Shown here: piece by piece, positions 36,991 through 45,502 of the stretch
Layout of the letters: the number at the start of each line of letters is the position of its first letter
Position numbering within the stretch: the first letter of the stretch is position 1
Assembly (NCBI GenBank): GCA_964406645.1
Contig: CAYOSM010000001.1
Coordinates: 5,564 to 69,563, forward strand
DNA length: 64,000 nt
From: an uncultured Bifidobacteriaceae bacterium
Lineage (GTDB): Bacteria; Actinomycetota; Thermoleophilia; Miltoncostaeales; Miltoncostaeaceae
Direction: 5' to 3'
Notes under the pieces: model-generated
Told to the model about the DNA's origin: nothing
Databases searched by the model: none
The model's input: the letters and a program-made list of their open reading frames with translations, nothing else
Position numbers and translations under genes: made by a program

Positions 36991-39822
36991 TCATTCATCG
37001 CGGACGAGAACGTACCCGCATCGCTCCGCCTCGTAGAGAGCTGCGAGGACTGTCCGGCGATCCTTCACCCGCTCGTCCTCGGCGAGGACGTCCCAGGGTA
37101 TGAGCACCTGCGTCGTCATCCGGATGGGGTTCCGCACCCCGTCACTCCAACCGCTGAGCAGACGCTCGCTGCAGTAGCGACCATGCTCGAGTTCGGCCAG
37201 ACGGTCGAGCGTCTTGCCGGGAGCGGTCTCGGTTCCGAGGGCGCCGGTGGGCACCGCGTGCACCGCAGACCCATGCGTGGTGCGCTGCAGACGCAACCCC
37301 TCCCTGGCGAGTTTCAACGCCAGGTCGTCAGCGACCGCGATATTCGAATCGCGCAGGTTCTGGGGCTGCCCCTCCCAGGATCTCATGGCGATGTCGTCCG
37401 GCATCTGGGTCTCGGCTTTGACATACGCCATGTGGACGGCCCGCCCGATGCGCTGGCGCTCCTCCTCATCCGGCCAGGTCGCGAAGCGGAGAAAAGAGCG
37501 GATGGTCGCTCGATCATCGATCAGGCGGACGACACCCTGATCGCCACCCGGCAGTTCCTCGTCCCAGTCGGTCTCGTCGCCAGGAAGGGGAAGCCAGCCC
37601 ACCCGAACGTTCAGCGCGCGGGCAATCATGACTTCCCTGCGGGTGATGGGGCCCCCTGAACAGACGATGACGCGCACGTCGTTAAGGTCCACTCCGGAGC
37701 GCGCGATGTCCTCCCATCCCGCAATCGCCTGTTCGATCGAGCCTTCTGCTCCAACCTCACTGCGGCGGTCACGATGGTACCCGTCGTGAAAAGTCGCCCC
37801 TCGCCACGCATATCCGGCCGCGTCGAGGCCGAGTTCCTCGGCCACATCGCCGATAACACCGGGCAAACCACTCTCTGTTCCGCCGCTGACGACGACACCC
37901 TCGAACTGAGGCGCACCGAGGGCGAACGAGAGCGTCGCACGAAGCCAGTCCTTGATGTCCTTGGCGTCCTTCCGCTCGTCGAGCGACTTCGCGCCACCGG
38001 CGAACACAGCCACTGGGCCACGCATGGGATGACGATCCGAGGCCTTCCCGTCGCGGGGCAACAGGCATTCATCACGATCGTCGTGTGTCTCCGACAGGAA
38101 GGCGATCCGGACACCGAGGATCCTGCGGATCCACCCTGCCATCGGTACGTCCGGATTCCGCACTTCGGCCATGTCATTCCACAGATCGATCAGTGCCGCC
38201 CGATCCGTTGAACGACGAATGACCTCACACCACAGCATCAGGGCAGCCTCATCGTGCGCACCGTCGGTGAGCAGACACTGAGCAATGCGGGAACGCGCAT
38301 CCACCCGATCGATGGAGAGATCAATGGAGGCATCCTCCAAGAGGTCGGGAAGACCCGGGTTGATCGCTTCGACTACCGCTCGGGCACCGGCCCGGAAATG
38401 GACGAACTCGCGGGTAACCGCCGCCGTTCTGAGAAGGTCGATCCCCTTGAGCTCCTGGCCCTCATTCTCCTCTCGAAGGCGCTCATCAATGGGCTGCCTT
38501 CTCAACAGGTCGAGGTCCGCGGAGGTCTCCTCGATGTCGACCGGCCCCTCCGATATCCGGCCGGCGAACCCGTGGATCCGCGAGCCGACCCAGTGGAGAT
38601 CCACCGAATCGCCGAGGCACCCCTTCAGCCCACCGACGATGGTCTCGACCCCCGCGACCTCATCCCCGGCCACCACAAGGTGCATGGGTTCCCGCCAGGC
38701 GGCGATCCTCCGACGGATCGCCGACGGAAGACCATCCTGGTCGACCTCACAGGGTGCGGCCTCCACCTCCGGAATGCCCAAAGCACCCTCGTACAACGGA
38801 CGCAGCCGATCGACGAACGCTTCGGCATCCGGCGCCATCACCGTGACAATCCTCCACCCCTGTCCTTCCTCCTTCCGTCGGCGCGACCGAGTCACCCGCA
38901 GAGCCTCAAAGATCAGGGCGCGAGTGAATGGTCCGGCGCCGACGATCAGAAGACGCTTTCCGTCGCATTTGCCTACCGACGAATGGAGCTTCGCCGCCGC
39001 GATCACCTCGGCTCGACACGCGACCACGGTTCGCGACTCGCCGTTGGATGATTCGTCGTTGGATCCACACACGACGGCGGATCGCGGCTCCTCGTTCGTC
39101 ACCATCTCGGCAAGCGCACGATCCGCCAGACAGACATACACGGGGATGGCGTGCGGACCGACCGCGCGAGATCCGACATCCCGCATACACCATCCCTGAA
39201 ACGGGACGTACGCCTGGGTTCCCGGACGGGCTGCCAGTAGAGAATCCGCCACGTCGATGCTGAGTTCGTCGTCCCCGGTGGCAACCACAACGTTCTCAGC
39301 CCGGTGGGCAGCGGCGCGGGCCCGGATATCAGAGGCGAGCAACTCGACGGACACCGTCCTCACACCCTCACGACGAAGCGCGGCCAGGATCTGCGGATCA
39401 CCACCGTCATCGGCGACAACAACCTTCCGCTCAGCCACCTCATGGCGGGCGAGTGCCACAGCGAACGGACTCAATCCGATGATGAGCAGGTGACCGCGCG
39501 AGAGGCGTGTCCACAGGTTGCGTACCCGCTCGGAGAAAGTGGCGACCAATCCACCCACGAGAAGGATGGGCGCAAGAAGTCCCGCCAACAACAGGAGCCA
39601 GGGAGTCCCTACGCCGTCCGGCACCGCCATCCCCGCAAAGAACAGCGTGAACACCCGGTACAGGATTCCCCGGAACCCCGGTTCCTGCCCCGCGGGCCAG
39701 TCCACCTGGAGGTATCCGATGACGCCCACCACGGACACGACCAGTACCGCCATGAGCAGGGCCACGTACTCCGGGGAGCGGCGCCACCACGATCGAGATC
39801 GTCCTTCACCGCGAGATGTCAT
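36991..39822 (-). CDS. 2TM - tandem Rossmann (TrkA-N/RCK-like) - SLOG (LOG/DprA-like) - RyR domain protein
   Basis: Two N-terminal hydrophobic helices (YVALLMAVLVVSVVGVIGY; WLLLLAGLLAPILLVGGLVA). GxGxxG-like HLLIIGLSPFAVAL and RLLIVGAGPFTRAL. SLOG-like VAVFAGGAKS...GVVVSGGTESGLPGVIGDVAEE...VIVCSGGPITRREV. C-terminal RyR-like LAELEHGRYCSERLLSGWSDG...LIPWDVLAEDERVKDRRTV. Confidence 0.65.
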   Translation of the reverse strand: MTSRGEGRSRSWWRRSPEYVALLMAVLVVSVVGVIGYLQVDWPAGQEPGFRGILYRVFTLFFAGMAVPDGVGTPWLLLLAGLLAPILLVGGLVATFSERVRNLWTRLSRGHLLIIGLSPFAVALARHEVAERKVVVADDGGDPQILAALRREGVRTVSVELLASDIRARAAAHRAENVVVATGDDELSIDVADSLLAARPGTQAYVPFQGWCMRDVGSRAVGPHAIPVYVCLADRALAEMVTNEEPRSAVVCGSNDESSNGESRTVVACRAEVIAAAKLHSSVGKCDGKRLLIVGAGPFTRALIFEALRVTRSRRRKEEGQGWRIVTVMAPDAEAFVDRLRPLYEGALGIPEVEAAPCEVDQDGLPSAIRRRIAAWREPMHLVVAGDEVAGVETIVGGLKGCLGDSVDLHWVGSRIHGFAGRISEGPVDIEETSADLDLLRRQPIDERLREENEGQELKGIDLLRTAAVTREFVHFRAGARAVVEAINPGLPDLLEDASIDLSIDRVDARSRIAQCLLTDGAHDEAALMLWCEVIRRSTDRAALIDLWNDMAEVRNPDVPMAGWIRRILGVRIAFLSETHDDRDECLLPRDGKASDRHPMRGPVAVFAGGAKSLDERKDAKDIKDWLRATLSFALGAPQFEGVVVSGGTESGLPGVIGDVAEELGLDAAGYAWRGATFHDGYHRDRRSEVGAEGSIEQAIAGWEDIARSGVDLNDVRVIVCSGGPITRREVMIARALNVRVGWLPLPGDETDWDEELPGGDQGVVRLIDDRATIRSFLRFATWPDEEERQRIGRAVHMAYVKAETQMPDDIAMRSWEGQPQNLRDSNIAVADDLALKLAREGLRLQRTTHGSAVHAVPTGALGTETAPGKTLDRLAELEHGRYCSERLLSGWSDGVRNPIRMTTQVLIPWDVLAEDERVKDRRTVLAALYEAERCGYVLVRDE

Positions 39823-40095
39823 CAGCTATCCAGACTCCGAGCACGCACAGTTACCGATCGCCGGAGAAGATAATGGACGCGCACGACCCAGATCACCGGT
39901 GCTCAATCGATTCGTGCGTCTCCCGCACAGACGATTCCACACCGCGTGTGGGGCATCGGCACTGGGCTACTCTCGGACTATCACGATGCAGGGGGAATCC
40001 TGAACGATCATCTCCGGAGTTGCGCGGAGGCCGGGATTCCGGCAGGAACCGTCAGCGGTGGTACGTAGGGTCGAACTGACAACGCGACACCACCC

Positions 40096-41193
40096 GTGAC
40101 ATTGACACCCTTGCCGGGCGACGTCCCAGTGGTGCCACCGGAACATCAACGGATCACCAGTAGCATCACGAATGGCCGTCGCAGCGGCGGCCGCAACCCG
40201 TACTCATCACCCACAGCAAGGCTACACGTGACCATTCCCCCACCTGCCTTCGGATGTTCTCCGTCCCACGATCAGATCGTGGAGGACATATCCCGCTGGT
40301 TGGCAGCACCCGCTCTCCACGAACTCCTGACGCGGTTCGGAGGGCCGACCCCGGCTAACGTCGACGATCTCGATCACGTCGCCGAATGGGCCGCGACGCA
40401 CTGGGATTTCCGGTCCGGCAGAGAGCGGAACCTGGTCCACGCGAGTGAGGTTGCAGCCGGAGATGAGGAACTCATCGTCGCGTGCGCCGACGAACTCGGC
40501 TTGGTCACCCCGAGGAAACCCGAGCGCGACTCCTACGACGCGATCGCCATGCTGGGAGGACTGATCCGTGCGTGCGTCTGGCGACCAGAATATGCGGCCC
40601 ATCTGGTCGCCCAGGGCGTACGCGCCAATAGCGTCGCCGCCATCTCGGGCTTCCGCACCCTCAACGATGCCGAGACCGTGATGCTCCCCGCGTTCGGGCT
40701 GAACGGCGTGACGGAAGAACACCAGGTGATGGAAGGCGCGCTGCGGACGGCGTTCGGGATCGACACCATGGACGACCGGATTCCCCTGGATGAGACGCTG
40801 CCGCCGAATCTGCGGCACTACGTGCGCACCGGACAGAGTTCGTCCGGAGTGCCCGCGATGATGGTCGTCGCACCGTCGACCGATCCTTCCCGCCGCGCGA
40901 ACACTCCGGACGGATACACGTACTGGTCGACTGAGGTCGCACATCTGCGCCCCGGTGACCGCGTGCTCCTCGTCACGACCCAGATCTACCTGCCGTTCCA
41001 ACATGCCGATGCCATCCGCATTCTGGGACTCACACAGGGATGCATCATCGAAACCGTCGGTGTCGACCGCGACGCGGTGGACGACCGCGGCCACGACCAA
41101 CCGTTCACGGGGGTCAACTACCTGCAGGAGATCAACTCGACCCTGAGGTCGTACCGAGGACTCATCGCCGTCGTCGAAGGCCAGAACCTCTGA
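40096..41193 (+). CDS. DUF218 (YdcF/SanA/ElyC)-like Rossmann-fold protein
   Basis: YDAIAMLGG, ISGF, TEEHQV, RANTPDG and VLLVTTQIYLPFQHADAIRILG follow the order of conserved DUF218 blocks. The stop overlaps the TIR-STAND 3 start (TGATG). The start is uncertain (track start 40096; GTG 40228 possible). Confidence 0.5.
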   Translation: MTLTPLPGDVPVVPPEHQRITSSITNGRRSGGRNPYSSPTARLHVTIPPPAFGCSPSHDQIVEDISRWLAAPALHELLTRFGGPTPANVDDLDHVAEWAATHWDFRSGRERNLVHASEVAAGDEELIVACADELGLVTPRKPERDSYDAIAMLGGLIRACVWRPEYAAHLVAQGVRANSVAAISGFRTLNDAETVMLPAFGLNGVTEEHQVMEGALRTAFGIDTMDDRIPLDETLPPNLRHYVRTGQSSSGVPAMMVVAPSTDPSRRANTPDGYTYWSTEVAHLRPGDRVLLVTTQIYLPFQHADAIRILGLTQGCIIETVGVDRDAVDDRGHDQPFTGVNYLQEINSTLRSYRGLIAVVEGQNL

Positions 41194-44114
41194 TGCCCCT
41201 GCCGTCCTACCACGACGTCTTCATCTCGTACGCCAGCGAGGACCTCCACACGGCGACCCGGTTGCGGGATGCCCTAGACGTGCACGACTGCTCCGTGTGG
41301 CTCGACAAGGTCGAGATCAGAGATCTTGACCCCATAACCGAACGTCTGGAGAACGGCGTCAATCGCAGCCTGCTGACGGTGGTGTTGGTGTCAGCGAGCC
41401 AGATGTCCTCCCGCGTGTGCCGATGGGAGATACTCCGATCCCTTGCACTAGGCGACGCGCGCGGGTACGACCGGATCGATCTCGTCCAGATCGATGACGC
41501 GCTGGCCGACATGTCGCCATCACCGCGTCGCCGTCGATCCATCGATCTGCGCACGACAGCCGTCGATGACGCGGCAGCGGCTTTGTTCGAACGCGTCAAG
41601 GAGGCCCGCGCACTCGACACGGACGCGTGGGGTGAGGAGGACGCGATTGATACGACGGTGAAACGCGGGATTCCTGGAGGCTCTGGGCACCGCTACTTCG
41701 GCCGTCTCCCCGAGCTCCAGGCGATCTACGACAGCCTCTGCGGCCCATGGCGGCACATGGATCGAGGGCACATCTCGCGCCACGATGCCTGCGTCGTCCA
41801 GGGCATGGGAGGCGTCGGCAAGAGCATCCTGGCCACGTTCTTCGCAGAGCAGTTCGCCCGGTCCTTCTCCGGTGGCGTCGTCTGGCTGGGTGCCGGCGGC
41901 GACCAGGTCGACAACGATGCGGCCTCCCTTGAGGCGAAGGACGAGACGTTCCTCCGCCTGGGTGACGCGGTCCTGGAATGCGCATCCGAGCCACCCGTCA
42001 TCGTCATCCCGACGGAAGCGGTGCCCATCGAACCACGCAAACGATGGCGTCATCTGTGCCAGGAGGTTGTACCCGAGTTCGGCCAGGGACAACGAACACT
42101 CCTCATCATCGATGACCTGCCGAGGGGCATCGATGCGAAGGACGTCTGCCCGGACGCCGAGAACGTCGCGGTCCTGATCACCGCACGGGATGCCGTACAC
42201 GCCGCTCAGGGCATCCACCTGGTGAAACTCGAGCCGTTCGATATCGATGAGGGTGTGCTCTTCCTCGCGGACGCACTCGACCCGACGCGCTCGATCAGGC
42301 GTGCCGGCGGTGATCCATTCGATGGAGAGGCGAAGCAGGCCCGTGCTCTGGTGGAAGCCGTCGGAAGTCATCCCCTCGCGCTGGATCTCCTCGCCGTTCG
42401 CATCATCGAGCAGAGGGACCGGATCGCGGATCTGCTCCACGAGATCGAGGCCCAGGCAGAGAGGTTCCTTGACCTTCCCGCATACGCCGCCGACCTGCCG
42501 ACCCAACACACACCGAGTATCCTCGCAACGGTGAGCGGGTCGCTCCGAAGTCTTCACTCGACCGACGCTGCCGGGGTGGTCCTGCCCATGTTGCGGGCGA
42601 TGATGGTTCTGCCCGCCGGTCAGGCGATCCCGCATGACCTGATGGAGAGAGTGGCCGGACACGACGCCCGAAGTGGCGCACACGTGCTGCATGACCGGTC
42701 GGTCGCCAAACTGGATCACGATGGCATCCGATTCCACGCCCTCACCCGTGGAGTGGCGCGGATCCTTTGGGACCAGCAGAGTGAGCCCTTCGGAAGCTGC
42801 CGCGAGATGGAACCGGGTCTCTCACTCACGATCGCAACCTGGTTACATGAGACGGCAGAGGAGGAGGGCCTGACGCCCACGGCACTTCGACTCGCCCGCG
42901 AGCTCATCGACGTGATCGACGACGTCACCGTCACGTTTCCCGACGCCGTCGGGCCCGATCAGCGTCGGCAGCGCAGCGAAGCATGGTTGCGACTCGCCCG
43001 TGAACGCAACCGCACCCCCGCCCCTCTCACCGACAAGGATCCGGAGGCCGCTGAGCAATGGGCCAAGGATCTGGAGGCCGCTGAGCAATGGGCAGAGGAG
43101 GCGAAGCGCGACCTCCCCAAGGGCCGGCCGGATCTGGAGGGAATGCAGTGGTGGCGAGCGGAGGCGATGCAGGCCCTCCTCCGCTCAAAGCTCAACGAGC
43201 AACGCATCAAGAAAGGAGATGCCGAGGCACGGAAGCATGTACTGGTCATCCTCGAACGCTTGATCCGATCGGCCGAGGTGCGTGAGGAGTACGCAGAAGT
43301 GCTCCTCGCAGACCCCGCGATCGACGAAGCGTCACGGGATTGGATCGCCGTCAACCGCATGGCGGCGAAAGGGAACCTTCCCGGTCGATACCTCGACATC
43401 GCGAAACTCCACGCTGATGACGGAGCCAGCGACGACACGGTCGGGGAATATCTCGACCTCATGGAGCTGACGCATCACGAGCTGATCGTACTCCGGGAGG
43501 CGCACACGAATCCTCGGATCGCCGACCTGGCAAGCAACCACGAAGGTCTCGGGTCGGTGGCCTATCATCGCGCCGTCCTACTCACCGAGTCCGGCTCGGC
43601 CAAGACCCAGCACCTTCGATCCGCCCTTGCCCCGCTGATCGAGAGCATCCAACTGCGAACGAGCGTGAAGAACCTGCAGGACGAGGTCGACATCTCGAAG
43701 TCGCTGCGGCTGCTACTCAAGGTCACGGTCGCGATCGCGGCGCTCGACGGCGGACCGCAAGAGGCTCAATCACTCCTCACCGACCACCACGCCACCGCCG
43801 CTTCCGAGGTGAGCGCGTTGGAGCCCGGCGACTACCGCGGCGGACCGGGGTCGGCCGAACAGGCAACCCGTGACCAGACAGCGGCGGGACGCTACCGAGA
43901 CGCCCAGGCCCGGTCGATCCTGGACGCCGGCGACGTGACCGCACCGGACATCGCTGGCCTGATCGGAGCGTGCGTCAGGTGGCTTGTTGTCGCGGATGAG
44001 CGCACAGCCGATCCGGAGGGCCGACAGGCACGCCGTGTGACCGTGGACGACGTTGCCAAGGCCCTGTTCGACATCGACAACGAGATCGCGCGGATGATGG
44101 ACACGATGGCGTAG
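41193..44114 (+). CDS. TIR-NB-ARC-like (STAND)-helical sensor protein (TIR-STAND 3)
   Basis: ATG 41193 (MPLPSYHDVFISYASEDLHTA). TIR-like LLTVVLVSASQMSSRVCRWEILRSL. YFGRLPELQAIYDSL; Walker A QGMGGVGKSILA; Walker B LLIIDDLP. Helical C-terminal ~450 aa. The 51 codons before 41193 in the track ORF lie inside the upstream gene. Confidence 0.85.
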   Translation: MPLPSYHDVFISYASEDLHTATRLRDALDVHDCSVWLDKVEIRDLDPITERLENGVNRSLLTVVLVSASQMSSRVCRWEILRSLALGDARGYDRIDLVQIDDALADMSPSPRRRRSIDLRTTAVDDAAAALFERVKEARALDTDAWGEEDAIDTTVKRGIPGGSGHRYFGRLPELQAIYDSLCGPWRHMDRGHISRHDACVVQGMGGVGKSILATFFAEQFARSFSGGVVWLGAGGDQVDNDAASLEAKDETFLRLGDAVLECASEPPVIVIPTEAVPIEPRKRWRHLCQEVVPEFGQGQRTLLIIDDLPRGIDAKDVCPDAENVAVLITARDAVHAAQGIHLVKLEPFDIDEGVLFLADALDPTRSIRRAGGDPFDGEAKQARALVEAVGSHPLALDLLAVRIIEQRDRIADLLHEIEAQAERFLDLPAYAADLPTQHTPSILATVSGSLRSLHSTDAAGVVLPMLRAMMVLPAGQAIPHDLMERVAGHDARSGAHVLHDRSVAKLDHDGIRFHALTRGVARILWDQQSEPFGSCREMEPGLSLTIATWLHETAEEEGLTPTALRLARELIDVIDDVTVTFPDAVGPDQRRQRSEAWLRLARERNRTPAPLTDKDPEAAEQWAKDLEAAEQWAEEAKRDLPKGRPDLEGMQWWRAEAMQALLRSKLNEQRIKKGDAEARKHVLVILERLIRSAEVREEYAEVLLADPAIDEASRDWIAVNRMAAKGNLPGRYLDIAKLHADDGASDDTVGEYLDLMELTHHELIVLREAHTNPRIADLASNHEGLGSVAYHRAVLLTESGSAKTQHLRSALAPLIESIQLRTSVKNLQDEVDISKSLRLLLKVTVAIAALDGGPQEAQSLLTDHHATAASEVSALEPGDYRGGPGSAEQATRDQTAAGRYRDAQARSILDAGDVTAPDIAGLIGACVRWLVVADERTADPEGRQARRVTVDDVAKALFDIDNEIARMMDTMA

Positions 44115-44544
44115 GCTGGCGCTTGGAGGGCGCGGCGTCGCTGGCCAGTATCGGACGATTCAGAGCCGATCCTCACATAGGAACGGCAGAGCATCTGGGG
44201 CGGTTCACGTCCACCCAACTCAGTCAACCACGCTCACCGCCGACCGAGCGTTCCGCTCCGACGCGGCCCGTTCACCATCAGTCACCTCAAGAGGCACGGC
44301 AGATAGAAGAAGCATACCCGCACGAAGGCGAAGCCCTTTGTGCGTCACATCACTCGTTATAATCACGCTGACTGAAACCGTTAGACCTTTGACCCTTTAA
44401 TCCCCTGGAACCGGTGGTGAAGAAATGGCCTGCCCATGTGTTGCCGCTCGCGGCTCTCAGTGCAAGTGGTGTAAGGAGGCCCAGACAGCGGGTAAGCCCC
44501 CGTCGCAGCACAACTGCCAATGGGGGCGCTGCACGTAGCGCAAA

Positions 44545-44840
44545 GCCCGTTCTGGACAGGGCTTTGGGACACCGACAGCAGGATCTGGTTCGTGCGGCGC
44601 AGCTCGGCGTTCTTCCGTCGGGGCCGACGTATCTTCACATAGCATCCGACGACACACCATCGACTACTCCTGCGCTACCTCGGACCGCATATCCAGTTGT
44701 GCAACGTCGCTTCCGCGACGCCCCACCGGATCGTCCGCTCCAGAAATGACTCTGAGCACTTCCTCGGCATCATCCAATCTGCCCGTATCAAGAACTGGAA
44801 ACGAAACTCAGGACGCTTCGGTGAACCCCCTTCGCCCACC
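44545..44840 (-). pseudogene. Relic of an IS3-family transposase orfA (frameshifted, truncated; no orfB/DDE)
   Basis: Two minus-strand frames carry orfA hallmarks: PEFR...WGVAEATLHNWI (HTH region) and RRKNAELRRTNQIL (leucine-zipper region). No intact ORF. Approximate borders. Confidence 0.5.
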
Positions 44841-44972
44841 TGCGTGGGCTCTAGAACTCGCACGACCACCGGACCCACCCCTTGAAGCACGCCGACTCAG
44901 CGCACGTATTCACCCGCGACGATCGCCGACGACTTCAGTAGCACAACGAAAGTATCGCCTGCAATAAGGAGA

Positions 44973-45425
44973 ATGAGTATGGGCCTCTTCCGACGTCAGC
45001 CGAAAACACACGGATCAGAAGATCCTTCCACAGGCCACCCCGGCGCGCTCGATTCCGGACGCCGCTTCTCGAGTCTGCTCCCTCTTGGTGATGCCGTCAG
45101 CACAGTGCAGCAGTTGATCGCCTCCTACGGGTGCGGGCCCATCGCGTCGGCAGAGTTCACATGGCACGGCCCACCGGACGAAGCCCCGGTTGAGGTGTTT
45201 GTCGCCGACATCACCGGCGCGTCCCATCCAGGTGACTATCTCGTCATCAGCTTCCGGGCCGACGGGGGCAGCACCGAGATCGGAGTCTTCCCCGAAGGAT
45301 CCGGCGACGATCGGCTAGCCATCCCATTCGCCGGCAACCTCAAGATGCTCGACAGATCCCTGAGTTCAACCGGGACCGTTCCCGGTGGCCAGCTCTCAGT
45401 TGCCTCGCCGCTGCTGGGCGGCTAG
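44973..45425 (+). CDS. Hypothetical protein (N-terminus MSMGLFRRQ)
   Basis: 150 aa; AAGGAG 6-7 nt upstream of the ATG; no motif recognised. Confidence 0.55.
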   Translation: MSMGLFRRQPKTHGSEDPSTGHPGALDSGRRFSSLLPLGDAVSTVQQLIASYGCGPIASAEFTWHGPPDEAPVEVFVADITGASHPGDYLVISFRADGGSTEIGVFPEGSGDDRLAIPFAGNLKMLDRSLSSTGTVPGGQLSVASPLLGG

Positions 45426-45502
45426 GTTCGTCGGGCATCGCACACCGAGAGTCCGGATCATTCGCCTGCTGATTCGGGTCTCATCGATTTCAGCACCGTC
45501 GG

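Noticed and set aside
41040-41192. Upstream 51 codons of the 1024-aa track ORF for TIR-STAND 3
   Set aside because: This stretch lies inside the DUF218-like gene in another frame and is Arg/Pro-rich. The TIR block begins right after the ATG at 41193, which overlaps the upstream stop.
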